A DNA stretch of 55,595 nt, the filler included, from Jimgerdemannia flammicorona (lineage: Eukaryota): NCBI GenBank assembly GCA_003990765.1. It is 2 parts of 2 records of this genome, joined end to end, with 100 filler letters (N's around TTAATTAATTAA, not from the genome) between each part and the next. Parts side by side here need not be neighbours in the genome. Positions count along the whole stretch, not along the records: positions 1 to 27,754 come from RBNJ01000608.1; 1 more part is not named here. One strand, given 5' to 3'. Below are positions 1 through 12,749 of this stretch, one piece after another; the stretch's first letter is position 1, and every line of letters starts with the position of its first letter. A model generated the notes under the pieces. That model was not told the origin of the DNA and did no database searches. It worked only from the letters and a program-made list of their open reading frames with translations. The translations under genes and the position numbers were made by a program.

Positions 1-137
1 TATAGAGCTTAAGTCTAATGCTTCTATTGTAGACAGTTCAGATACTATGCTATTGAATATGATAACAGAAGAAGTGATCAAAGAGACTCAGAGCTACTAA
101 ATTGAAAGAATGTAATCCAGTACAAGAAGACTGAAGC
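1..137 (+). pseudogene. gag: Decayed Ty3/Gypsy gag fragment (zinc knuckle), left part; target of element A
   Basis: Frame reads CFYCRQFRYYAIEY, which is CFYCGQFGHYAIEC (CX2CX4HX4C) after reverting transitions. It continues in frame across the GAAGC TSD (..TEA|YSV..) at 27290. Confidence 0.7.
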
Positions 138-497
138 TATAATGGTTCTAGTTTCTAAATAAGGAAGTAACTAGTTCTGATAGTTCTAAGTAGCTCAAAG
201 AGATACTTAAGGATTCAAGTGTTCTTGAAGGATTTCTGAGAATACAAGATCTGAAAGAAGGATCTGGAAGAATCTGAGAAATCAAAGGAAAATGCCAAGA
301 AGAAAGTTCTTGGCCAAGATGATAAATAATGACAAATAAAGTACTACAAGTTTTCAGGACATTCAGTGACTAGCTAAATAAGTACTAGAGGATACTCAGT
401 GCCAAGAAAAGATTTCTAAGTATTTGGAAAGTACTGAAAGATCATAGAATATTGAGAAAAGATAAAGAAAAGAAATAAACTATACTAAAATATTACA
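138..497 (-). repeat. 3' LTR of element A
   Basis: T(G>A)TAATGG...ATTACA; direct repeat of 26886-27289 but lacking ~44 bp; followed by TCTCCCCCTCCTT (PPT on the minus strand). Confidence 0.95.
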
Positions 498-829
498 TCT
501 CCCCCTCCTTAAGAATCAACATCCTCATTGACTTCTCAAAGTTACACATAATAAACAATAAGACTAAAAGAAACCTCAAACAAAATATGTTGGTTCATTA
601 GCAAGGACTGGCCATTCTTATATAAAGTGAGGGCCAAAGTATCATCTTGATTGGATGAGAACTGGTTTGAACCTCATTGGTTGCAGGATTTATAGAGTTC
701 TCCTATATCTCTTGTTTCTGATACTGTGTCCTTTAGAGTGTCCTAATGCTTAATGTATCTAATTAGTACAGTATGTCATCTACTATCTAAGAAGAGAACC
801 TCATGGGCAGTCAATGAGTTCCTTTTTGC

Positions 830-1211
830 TCGAACTCTTGAATGAGGTCTTGAGAGTTCTTGAGATTGGCAGCAGGTTCCCAGGTGATATCATATTCAGA
901 GTAATCCATCCACTTGACCAGATATTCTGTGTGATGGTACTAGACTTATTTGTCTAAGATTTTCTCAACTTCATACTTGATGTGGTCTTCAACTATCACT
1001 GGTACTAATGGTGTCAGAATTCAGCCAGGGTATAGGGGTGACTGGTTCCAGGCCTTGAGTTGTGATATATGGAATACTAGGTATATATATATGGTTGTTG
1101 GCAGGTTGAGGCAGTAAGATCAGGTAGAGACTTGCTTGGTGATCTCAAAGGGTCCAAGGTACTTGGGCTGAAATTTGGCTAACTAGCAGTTAACTTGAAA
1201 TTGAGTCTTGA
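830..1211 (-). pseudogene. pol: Element A integrase C-terminus (GPY/F) and chromodomain
   Basis: Minus strand reads PKYLGPF and YEVEKILDK...EYLVKWMDYSEYDITWEPAANL. Confidence 0.9.
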
Positions 1212-4200
1212 TTTTTTTTTTTTTTTTTATAGTTACTTGGACTCTATCTTTATTACCAATCTATGAATAAGTATACATCATCACTACTTACTACCCAATC
1301 CCCATAGGGGAGTCCCTCCCCACCCCCTCATGAATAAAGATCACCCTCTCACCAACTACTCCAACCCTCCTGTCACTCTGTTGACAGATTTTCTCTACTC
1401 CAACCACCCTGCGGCCCCCACCCAAGCCACCATCCCATCAAGGTATCTTCCATGAGTCTCTGCCACTGCACCAATCGGATCCCCATGCCCTGTCTCCTTC
1501 CATCCTCAAATACAAATTGCCAGTGACCGGCCAGCTCTACCCAAATGGCCAATGCCCAGCCCAAGGTAAGCCACTCCTTTCCTACCCCCCCTACCAATCA
1601 TTCCCTCAAGCCCTCCCACCTCCCCTATACTCCACCCCTCCTACCCCTCACCACCAAGCAGTCCTCGATGGCCCACCAAAAGACCCCCAACACCTCGCAA
1701 TCTCCTAGCCAATGTTCTGGCATCTGTACAAAGCCCCCTTCCTGTCCTACATTATGGCACTCCTCACAGTCGAAGCAACCCCCTATAACAAGGTGCCCTG
1801 TGTGGAAGTTGAGCATTATGTTCCTCTTCAGCATACGCCACCAGACCACCCAGTACTTTGGTGGCAACCACTTTGGCACTACGGCACACCAGGTCTAAAC
1901 ACTATGCCAGTTCCACTCTTCTCCAATTCCAACTCCTTGCCAACTGCTAGGCCATAGATCCTGGCCTGGTCCCCTTTGGCATTCCATTCTATCCCCAATT
2001 TCGAAATCAGTTAAAGGAATGCCACCCAGCAGAACACCATCCCATCTCCACATCTCTGGATCCCAAGCCACCTCTCCCTCATTCCCCTGCCAGCAAATAC
2101 CAATGCAGTGCACCCCCTCCGCTATCCCCCACCAGAATCCTTTATATCACATTTGTTCCATGTTCTGAAGTCCAACCAATGAGAGGAGATCGCCAGTCGA
2201 ACCTCTCGGTGATGCCCGCCTCTCCCAGATCTTCTGCATCAAGGGAACCCAACCACCTCCTTGCAATTCCACCGCTCTCTTAAGCCACCATACCCTCAAG
2301 CAGTATAGTCATTTGGGAAAGTCCACCAGCCCAAGACCACCTCACTCCACAGCAGGGACAATGTCTCCCAACCAATCTGACTCTGTCTGCCAGCCCAGAT
2401 CCACCCCTTAGCTACCTTCATCAAATCTCTTCACTGCCTATGCCGGGAAGTCCAGGTGATAAGCTAAATACCATAGCTTCAGCAGCCAATATACGTTCAA
2501 AATCGAGACCCGCCCCATCAGAGAAAATTGTCTTCCTCCCCAACCCTGCAAGTCCTCCTCCCAGATTTCAATCCTCTGCTCCCACCAAAGCCTTGGCAAA
2601 ACTGACCCATAGACTGACAGATAAATGCCCAAGTACTGCACCACCTCATTGGTGGGGACAATTGTTCCTATAACTTCTCCTCCCACTAGTCCATTACCTA
2701 GCACTATAGTTTCACACTTGTGCCAATTCAGCTTAGCCCCAGAGTTCTCCTCATACCACTCCACTATCTTCTAGAGCTCCTCGACATCTTCAATTGAATC
2801 CAAACCAACCATCATATCATCCGCAAAGGCCCCAACTTTCCACCCAATTCCATAGATAGAGAGCCCTGCTATTCTCTGCCTAATTCTATCCATTAGGGGT
2901 TCCTGGGAAAGAGCTTACAAAATGGGGGATAGTGGGTCCCCCTGGGGCACTCCTCTACCCAGTGGGAAAGCTACCCCTCTATGTCTATTACACATGAGTG
3001 CAGCCCTGCTTCCTTCCAGAAGGCTGACCATTGTTGACTAGAATCGGTGTGGAACCTCTATTCTATCCAATACTTTCTCTGGCCAGACTCGTCGCACCCT
3101 ATCATAAGCCTTCTCCTGATCCAAGAAGACTAGATGCCCATCCAGTCCACAGGCTCTTGCCCCTTCAATGACTTCATGTACCCAGGCAGTGCCATCCCTA
3201 ATGAGCTGACCCCCCACGAATCCCCTCTGCTCAACACATGACTTGCTGGGCCACCTTTTGTAACCTTGCAACCACCACTTTAGTCACCATCTTTCTGTCT
3301 ATATCTAGCAACATTATCGGCCGCCAATTCCTCCAATCCTCTCTCCTTCCTTTGTTCTTATAAAGCAGCATCACCAGCCCAAGATCTTGCTCACCCACCC
3401 ATCTCCCTGTCTGTCATATAGAGTCGCACAATGCCATCATCTCCCCCATCACACCTAGGACCCTAACCATTTGCTTCCAGAAGTCCCAGGGCAGACCATC
3501 CTCTCCAGATGCCGTCCCAGAGGTTGTCGTAGCAAGAACCTGGTGGATCTCATCCTCTATTACAGGTGTCACCAGGTCACCAAGCCCCTCTACTAGTGGT
3601 GGGCGCCAATCCTCCAATGTTTGGTCAATAGTAGCAGCATCAGCCCCACCATCCTCCTCACTCCACAATCCACTCCATTGCTCCTTCAACGATCCAAGAA
3701 TGTCCTGCACCCCATGCACTAGCACCCCTTCTGAGTCTAGTAACCCATCCCACTGTTGCTATACTCTTCTTGCTCTAAGGGGCCTCGTGAGGAACTTAGA
3801 AGGCCTCTCCCCTTCCTCCAGCACCTGCTAACGAAGTTGTGCCACCAGGCTGTGCACCCTTGCCTCTTCCTCTTCCCACAGCATATGCTGTAGTTCCCCA
3901 ACCTCCATCTTTGCCCTCAGGAATTGCCAATCTTCTTCTCCCTCCAACAAAGCTATTCTTGCCCACTCCTCCAGAAGCCTAGCCAATCTAGCAGAAGCCC
4001 AACATACTCTACACCTTCTCTGCTTCCCTGCCTCCTTGCCAGCCTCACTCCAGTAAATCCTGGCCATCTCTTTCATCCTCATCCACCAGACCCCAATTGA
4101 GGCACCTTCCTGCCACCAGTTCTCCACCCTCAGCTGAATGTCTTTAGCCCACTCATCCCACTGAGACTTGTTATCTAACAAAGAGGAATTTAGGTGCCAA

Positions 4201-5712
4201 TGTCCAGGCCCATCCCCACTACCCCCAAAGCACCCCTGTCCCAAGAGGCCCCAGTGATCTGACCATGGGCACCATTCCACCTCCAGTGACTTTCAAACAT
4301 CTCGGCCCCAGCAGCTGGCTGTCAGAATCCATTCAATCCTTGTCCCCAGGCCCCCAGCCCAATGCATATACACTCTCCTATCCCCCCAGTACTCCCGGCT
4401 AGCATCTGCCAGTGCACTAAGCCTTTCTACTTCCTCCCACACAGCCAGTCTCCCACTCCTACTCTCAGTACCCTGTCCGCTATCTGTTCTATCCATCATC
4501 ATATCCCGAACCATATTGAAATCTCCCCCAAGCATATCCACCCCAGTCTCTGCAAGGGTCCCACTCTCCTGGAGACCTTTCACCCATTCTACACACTCAC
4601 CCCGTAAGGCTGGGCATTAGTAAGAGCCAACCGTTACTGGCTCCCAGCCAGCCCGAATCCACTCACCCCAAGCCAGTCTCTCCCCCCAGCTCCTCACATC
4701 TCTTATCTCCCCTCTGCTCTTCTGAACCAGAATCCTGACCTTGCCTTTCCAAATCACCATACCTCCCCATTTCTTTGTCCATTCCATCCTATCAGAACCA
4801 TCCTCACACCTTACATCCTGTAAGAGGAAGAGATCAGCTTCCAATCCCTTCAGCCAAGTAAAAATGTTCCTACACCTAACAGTGCCCCGAAGCCCATTTA
4901 TGTTCAGAGAAAAAATGTTGGTTGTACTGTTCATCATGAAATATGATTTGTTGTCAGTCGATCTCTACTGCTCCATATTCATCTCCTCCTGTGCCATGTC
5001 CAGATTATGTTCTGCCATCACCTCCTCCTCTTCAGCCCTCTGAGCTTCCAATCCAGCCAACTCTCAATCATCTCCTCATCAGCCTTCTCCTCAAACTCCT
5101 CCCGGTACTCAATGCAAGCCTCCTGCCAAAGCTGCAATCCATGATGCTTGTTCCAGCAATATTCAGCCTTCTCCCCAGTGACAACCACCAACTCTGCCTT
5201 CCGCTCCTTGTCCACCTCATACCCTTCCTCCTCCAGATACACCGCAAGAATTTCTGCCTTCAGTGCCATCGGCACTCCATCCCCCTGCAGTATCCTCATC
5301 TAGTGCTCATCACCCATCCCTCTCAAGTCCACGTCACCCAACTCTTCTGCCGCCAGGTTATTCATCATCCTGCACATCCAAAGTAGGTACCCCACCTCCT
5401 TCCCTCCAGGGGTCGCCAGCCTCCCTCCATCCAGCATTATGGTGTCAGCTCCAGCACTTGCAGCTTCATCCCATACCTCCAGGACATCCACCAGCTCCTC
5501 CTCTCCGGCTGCCACCACTTGTCCCCCAATCATCACTTCTGGAACACCAAATTTCACCCATTGGGTCCCCAGCATTATCATGTCCTCCACTATCTTGTTT
5601 CGAGAAGCCAGGCCTCGCCTGATAAGAGGGGAGGGGTGGGGGAGCCCTCCTCCCAAATCTCAAAGGTACCATCAGCATGCAGGTCATTAGTCTTTGCCTC
5701 CTTCTCCTTCTC
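1212..5712 (-). mobile_element. LINE copy 1 (L1/Tx1-like non-LTR retrotransposon): partial ORF1, ORF2, poly(A)
   Basis: Poly(T) at 1212-1228 on +; APE motifs NINGL, GGDFN, SDH; RT motifs DQEKAYD, PQGDPLSP, FADD; C-terminal CxxC...H...C. Confidence 0.95.
1373..4937 (-). pseudogene. LINE copy 1 ORF2 (APE endonuclease-RT-zinc finger), broken by stops and frameshifts
   Basis: ORF-track fragments 4617-4937, 4293-4583, 3828-4280, 3414-3725, 3038-3271, 2438-2764, 1625-1879 and 1373-1597 are collinear pieces of one ORF2. Confidence 0.93.
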
Positions 5713-5869
5713 TTTTTTTTTTTTTTTATAGTTACTTGGACTCTATCTTTATTACCAATCTATGAATAAGTATACATTAATGCCACCCTCTACCCAATCT
5801 CCATAGGGGAGTCCCTCCCCACCTCCTTACAAATAAAAATCACCCTCTCACCAATGACTTCAACTCTCC

Positions 5870-8800
5870 CACCACTCTGTTCACATATTTTCTCCACCAA
5901 GTAGCACCTCTACCCACTCTGCAGCCCCCAACCAAGCTACCAACCTATCAAGGTATCTTCCATAAGATACCACTACCACAACAACTGGCTCTCCAAGCCT
6001 TGTCTCCTCCCTTCCTCAAAAACAAATAGCCAGTGACTGGCCAGCCCCACCCAAATGGCCAATGTCTAGCCCAAGATAAGCCATTCCTTTCCTACCCTCC
6101 CTACCAATTGATCCCTCAAGTCCTTCCACCTCTCCCATACTTCACCTTCCCTACACCTCACCCCAAGTTGTCCCCAATAGCTCTCCAAAAATCCCCCAAT
6201 ACCTCACACTCTCCTAGCCAATGTTCTGGCATCTATACAAATCCCCCTTCCTGTCCTACATTCAGACACTTCTCACAGTCAAAGCAACCCCCTATGATAA
6301 GGTGCCCTGAGTGGAAGTTGAGCATTATATTCCTTCTCAGCATGTGCCACCAAACCACTCAGTACTTTGGTAGCATCTACTGATATACTATAGCACTCCA
6401 GGTCTAAACACTATACCAGTTCTACCCTTCTCCAATTCCAACTCCTTGCCAACTGCTAGGCCATAGATCCTGGCCTGGTCCCCTTTGGTATTCCATTCCA
6501 TCACTAATATCAAAATCAATTAGAAGAATGCCACCCAGTAGAATACTATCTCATCTCCACATCACTGGGTCCCAAGCCACCTCCCCCTCATTCCCCTGCC
6601 AGCAAATATCAATACGGTGTGTCCCCTCTACTATCCCCTACCAGAATCCTTTATACTGCAATAGTCTAGAGCTCTGAAGTCCAACCAATGAGAGGAGATC
6701 ACCAGTTGAACCTCTTGGCAATGTCTGCCTCTCCCAGATCTTCTATAGCAGGGGAACCCAACTATCTCCTTGCAACTCCACTGCCCTCTTCAGCCACCAC
6801 ACTCTCAAGCAGTGTAGTCATTTGGGAAAATCCACCAGCTTAAAACCCCCTCTTACCACCAGTAGGGACAAGGTCTCCCAACTAATCTGACTCTGTCTGC
6901 CAGCCCAAATCCATCTCTTTGCCACCTTCACCAATTGCTTCACCACCCAGGCTGGGAAGTTCAGATGATAAGCCAAATACCACAGCTTCAGCAGCCAATA
7001 TATATTCAAAATCGAGACCTGCCCTGCCAGAGAAAAGTGTCTTCCCCCCCAGCTCCGCAGGTCCTCCTCCCAGATTCCAATCCTCTGCTCCCACCAAAGC
7101 CTGAGCAGAACTGACCCATAGATTGACAAATAGATGCCTAAGTACCATACTGTCTCACTGGTGGGGACAATTGTTCCTATAACTTCTCCTCCCACCAAGC
7201 TATTGCCTAGCATCATTGTTTTACACTTGTGCCAATTCAACTTAGCCCCAGAGTTCTCCTCATACTACTCCACTGTCTTCTTGAGTTCCTTGACATCAGC
7301 AATCGATCCCAAACCAACCACCATATCATCTGCAAAGGCTCCAACTTTTCACTCAATTTCATAGATAGAGAGCCCCACTATCCTCTACCTAATTCTATCC
7401 ATTAAGGGTTCCAGGGACAGAGCATACAGAATGGGGGACAGTGGGTCCCCCTAGGGCACCCCCCTACCCAGGAGAAATGCTACCCCTCTATGTCCATTAC
7501 ATATGATAGCAGTCCTACTCCCTTCTAGTAGGCTGATCATTACTGATTAAAATTGATATAGAACCCCCATTCTATCCAATACCTTCACCAGCCAGACATA
7601 TTACACCTAGTCATAAGCCTTCTCCTGGTCTAAGAAGACTAGACACCCATCCAGTCCGCAGGCTCTTACCTCTTCAATAACTCCATATACCCAGGCTGTG
7701 CCATCTCTAATGAGCCAACTGCCCACAAATCCCCTCTGCTCAACACCCATGACTTGCTGGGCCACCTTCTGTAGCCTTGCAACCACTACCTTAGTTACCA
7801 GCTTTCTGTTCATATCTAGTAACATTATTGGCTACCAGTTCTTCTAATCCTCTCACCTTCCTTTGTTCTTATAAAGCAGTGTTACCAGCCCAAGATCCTG
7901 CTCTCCCACCTATCTCCCTGTCTGTAATATAGAGTTGCACAATACCATCATCTCCTCCATCACACCTGGGACTCTGACCATTTGCTTCCAGAAGTCCCAG
8001 AGCAGGCCATCCTCCCCAGGTGCCATACCCAGGGTCATTGTGGCAAGAACCTGGTGAATCTCATCCTTCCTTATAGACATTACCAGATCATCTAGCCCCT
8101 CTACTTGTGGTGGGTACCAATTCTCCAATATTCGATCAATGGCAGCAGCATCTACCCCACCCCCCTCCTTACTCTACAAACCACTCTACCACTCCTTCAA
8201 TGATCCAAGAATGTCCTGCACCCCATGCATGAGTATACCATCTGAGTCAAGTACCCCTTCCTACTATTGCTGTACCCTTTTTGCTCTAAGAGCCCTTGTG
8301 AGAAACCAGGAAGGTCTCTCCCCATCCTCCGGCACCTGCCAATGAAGCCTTGCTGCCAGGCCTTGCACCCTTGCCTCTTTCTCTTCCCGCAGCATCTGTT
8401 GTAGTTCCCTAACCTCCAACTTCACCCTCCTTACTCTCCAATCTTTCTCTCCCTCCAACATCACCAGTCTCACTCACTCCTCCAGAAGTCTAGTCAATCT
8501 AATAGAAGCCCACTGCACTCTTTGCCTTCTCTGCTTCCCTGCCTCCTTACCAGTCCCACTCCAGTAAATCCTGACCATCTCTTTCATCCTTAGCTACTAA
8601 ACCCCAATTGAGGTACCTTTCTGTTGCCAGATCTCCACTCTCAGCTGAATGTCTTTAGCTCACTCATCCCACTGGGACTTGTCATCTAACAAAGAGGAAT
8701 TGAGGCACCAATGTCCAGGCCCATCCCCACTTCCCCCAAAACACCCCTGTTCCAAAAGTCCCCAGTGGTCTGACCATGGGCACCACTCCACCTCTAGTGA

Positions 8801-9445
8801 CTTCCAAACATCTCGACCCCAGAAGCTGATGGTCAGGATCCAGTCGATCCTAGTCCCCAGGCCCCCAGCCCAATGTATATAAACCCTCCTATTCCCCCAG
8901 TACTCTCTACTAGTATCCACCAGTGTACTAAGCCTTTCTATTTCCTCCCACATTGCCAGTCTCCTGCTCCTGCTCTCAGCACCCTGTCCTCTATCTGTTT
9001 GATCCATCAGTATATCCCAAATCATATTGAAATCTCCCCCAAGCATATCCACCCCAGCCTCTGCAAGGATCCCACTCTCCTGGAGACCCTTCACCCAATC
9101 TACATACTCCCCCTATACAGCAGGACAGTAACAGGAGCCAACTGTAACTGGCTCCCAGCCTGCACAAATCCACTCACCCCAGACCAGCCTCTCTCTCTAG
9201 CTCCTCACATCTCTTAACTCCCCTTTGCTCTTTCAAACCAGAATCCCAACCTTGCCTTTCCAACTTGCCATGCCTCCCCATTCCTTTGTCCATTCCATCC
9301 TATCAGAATCATCCTCACACCTGACATCCTGCAAGAGGAAGAGATCAGCCTCCAATCCCTTCAGCCAAGTAAAAATGTTCCTATGTCTAACAGCACCCTG
9401 CAACTCATTCATGTTCAAAGAAAAAATGTTGGTTGTACTGTTCAT
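5870..9445 (-). pseudogene. LINE copy 2 ORF2 (APE-RT-zinc finger)
   Basis: MNSTTNIFSLN..., GGDFN, RIDWI, SDH, DQEKAYD, FADD; collinear with copy 1. Confidence 0.92.
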
Positions 9446-10478
9446 TATAAAATATGTTTTGTTATTAGTTGATCTCTACTCCTCCATGTTCATCTCCTCC
9501 TGTGCCATGTCCAAATTATGTTCTGCTATCACCTCCTCCTCTTCAGCCCTCTGAGCCTCCAATCCAGCCAACAGCTCATTCATCTCCCCATCTGCCTTCT
9601 TCTCAAACTTCTCCCAGTACTCAATACAGGCCTCCTGCTAAAGCTGTAATCTATGATGCTTATTTCAGCAGTATTCAGCCCTCTCCCCAGCAATAACTGC
9701 CATCTCAGCCTCCCGCTCCTTGTTTACTTCATACTCTTCCTCCTCCAGATATACTGCAAGAATTTCTGCCTTCAGTGCCATCACCACTCCATCTCCTTGC
9801 ATTATCTGCACCCAGTGCTCATCACTCATCACTTGCAAGTCCACCTCCCCCAACTCTTCTGCCACCAGGTTATTCATCATCCTGTATATTCAGAGTAGGT
9901 TTCCCACCTCCTTCCCTCCAGAGATTGTCAGCCTCCCTCCATCCATCATCATAGTGTCAGCTCCAGCACTCACAGCCTCATCCTATACCTCCAGAACATC
10001 CACCAGTTCCTCCTCTCTGACCACCACTACATGTCCCCCATTCATCATCTCTGGAACTCTGAATTTCACCCATTGTGCTCCCAGCATTATCATATTCTCC
10101 ACTATCTTGTTTCTGGAAGCTGGGCCTCGCCTGATAAGAGGAGAAGGGGTGGGGGAGTCCTCCCAGGCCTCCTTCCAAACCTCGAAGGTGCCATCAGTAT
10201 ACAGATCATTAACCTTCACCTCCTTCTCCTTCTCTGTCTCCTTCCTGGTATTCCCACCCCTCTTGCCAGTCCAGGCACTTGCTTTGGCCCCCTCCACACC
10301 CATCAACTTGCTCACATCCTCTAGTGGTCTGCCTCCCAGTTTAGCTAGCAGATTCTTCAGTCTCTTATGTCCCTGAGCTCTCTCCCACTATACCTTGTCT
10401 ATCTGAATCTGCTTTCCATCTACTACCTCCAAGTGCATTGACTCCACAAAGGCCTTCCAAGCCTTGGCTCACTACTCC

Positions 10479-12538
10479 TGTAAGAGGGTTGCTTTTTAGG
10501 GTAACCATTATGTAGTTCTGGAAAGGTTTTCAGGAAGTTCTGGATATTCTGGAAGACTGTTTTCTTATGGTCAAGATCAATTTCATATGGAGTACATCCT
10601 CTACACTTATTGATTTCAAGATCGGGTTAACATCTCAATCAAAGTCCTTTTTCGGACTAGTTCTGGATGTTCAGGATTTTCTATATTTCAGGAAGTTCAG
10701 GAAACTGAGACCAGCTTAGTTGAATTGATGTATTGCTGCAGACAATACCCAATTAGGAAATTTCGTGAGGGGGTTAGGAGTGGGACCTAACAGGAAGTGG
10801 ATTTACTTAAGAGTAGTTTGTGGGTTATTAAATAGGTTTATTCGCTATTCATGATATTGCTATACTAGGAGTAGTTATATGAAGGGATATTGTGGGGAAG
10901 TATTCAGGAATGTTCTTATGTGTTCGAGTCTGAGATTCTGAGGTCTGGGGGAGTGGGTATTTATACTAGTGAGGGGCTATCTGGACTATATTGAATATAG
11001 ATGTAGTACTAAGTGCCTTGCTGAGTTGGAATGCAGTCACGTAGTACAAGTGTAATCTGACATGTCAAGAGATCATCTGGCTGCTGAGTCAGTTCACAGT
11101 CATGTCGTACAGGACTAATCTAACTATATTATGACTGCTAGACTATTTATGGTTTAGACACTATCTGGGTAGTCTTTGATAACATCACCATTGATTGCAT
11201 CATCTCTGATGAAGTAGTTGTCTAGGAAGAGTGGTTTGTAGATTACTTCTCCTTATTCACTGAGGTAATAATACATTGGAACTTCATCTCCATCCTACAG
11301 GATAGTATCGTCTATCTTGTATACTGGATAAGGTATTGGTGGGTGAAGGAGGGGTGCATTGTTTTCACTTTCATCGGGTTTGCTGTCTGCATACCTTCTG
11401 TAAGTTATAGCACTATGAGTTGCAGGATTGTAGTAAGCTGGCAGCTGTGGTTCATATCATGTACTCAGATGGTGGAGTGGTTGGTTCAGTCTCGAGGGTT
11501 GTCTGGAGGTACAGGTTGTGTTCTCTGGTCTCTTCATTGTAGTTGAAATAATCGGGGGTGAATGCAGGTTGGTATTCGTGCCAGTGGTCATTATCTCAAT
11601 AAGTCTCATAGGCTGTTATGAATTGTTGTAAGTTCATCAGCAAGGTTGGTGGTGTGATCAGGGTTGGCAGAGATCCTTGGCTAGAGGTCATATTGGCATC
11701 AGAGGGATCATTGTCTTCTGCTTTGTCTTCATCGAAGTGGATTATATCATAGATATCTTTTATGGTATATTCAACTTGGGGCATTTGCAGGATATGATCA
11801 TTGGGGTGTGAGAAGGTTCTGTCTGTAGTTTCAACATACTCGAGGTACTTGTGGTTGAGTTCTTATATCATGTCATCAATTTGGCCATAGGACAGGGTAG
11901 CAATCATTTCACTGGTAGTAACTCAGAGGTGGGGAATAATGGTACTATACTCATAGAAGAGTTCTCGATGTTTGCAGGCGACGAGCTTCTGGTGTTGAGA
12001 CATCTTGGTAATGTCTATATCATGGTGGTGTTCGACCATGTCTTCCAGGAGGTGGCTGATCTGGTAGTAGCTTGAGATTTGTCCGATTCGGTGGGCCTCA
12101 CTAAACATGTTCAGAGCATTCCAATGGGCTTTCACAAAGTAGAGGGGTGCTAGGCTATGGATATTCATGAGGGGTAGAGAGGGTGTGGCTCAGTTGACAA
12201 TGGTATTCCAAATATCAGCATGGATGCAGGTATAGATCTTGGTGGTCATGTTTGTGTGTTTGGGAGTTATAGTTGTTGTTTTGTTTTAGTTCTCTGATTT
12301 GACGTGTCTTAGTACTTGGTATATATGCATTTGATCTTGATTGGTAAGATTCCGTTTATATAGATCTTATGTTCTGTGACTTCATATTGACTCAGCTTTG
12401 TGCACTGTGACTTCAGTTTGACTCAGCTTCATGATCGAGCAGGTGATTTCCAGATTTGTTCAGAGGTCATGTGTGATTTCAGTGGCTTGTTTGGAGGGTG
12501 ACATGTAATTTCGATGGCTTGGAGGTTGTGTGCTTACA
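10479..12538 (-). repeat. 3' LTR of element B (2060 bp)
   Basis: Direct repeat of 18828-20878 differing mostly by transitions; on the minus strand has TATAAATA (~10957), AATAAA (~10837) and TGACTCA motifs. Confidence 0.97.
11154..12249 (-). pseudogene. LTR-encoded accessory ORF of B (ancestral ~365 aa, unknown function), 3' LTR copy
   Basis: MTTKIYTCIHADIW...YYQISHLL...RELFYEYSTIIPHL...DYPDSV*; stops revert by single transitions; a 2-bp deletion here is absent from the other LTR. Confidence 0.75.
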
Positions 12539-12749
12539 ACTCTCCCCTTCTTAGCTTTCGACGTCCTTGTCGAGGCCTTCTAATTTCATTCAGTGGTATA
12601 GGGAAAATAGGCTTGCTTTCCGTTTTGCCATTTTTTCTAGAGGGTCAGTATTCTTATCTTGTTTTGCTGAGTTCTTGGTTTGGTCCCCAATAATTATAAT
12701 ATTTGGAAGGATAATATATGGGTAGGTGCAGAGTATTTGGTTCTAGTTG

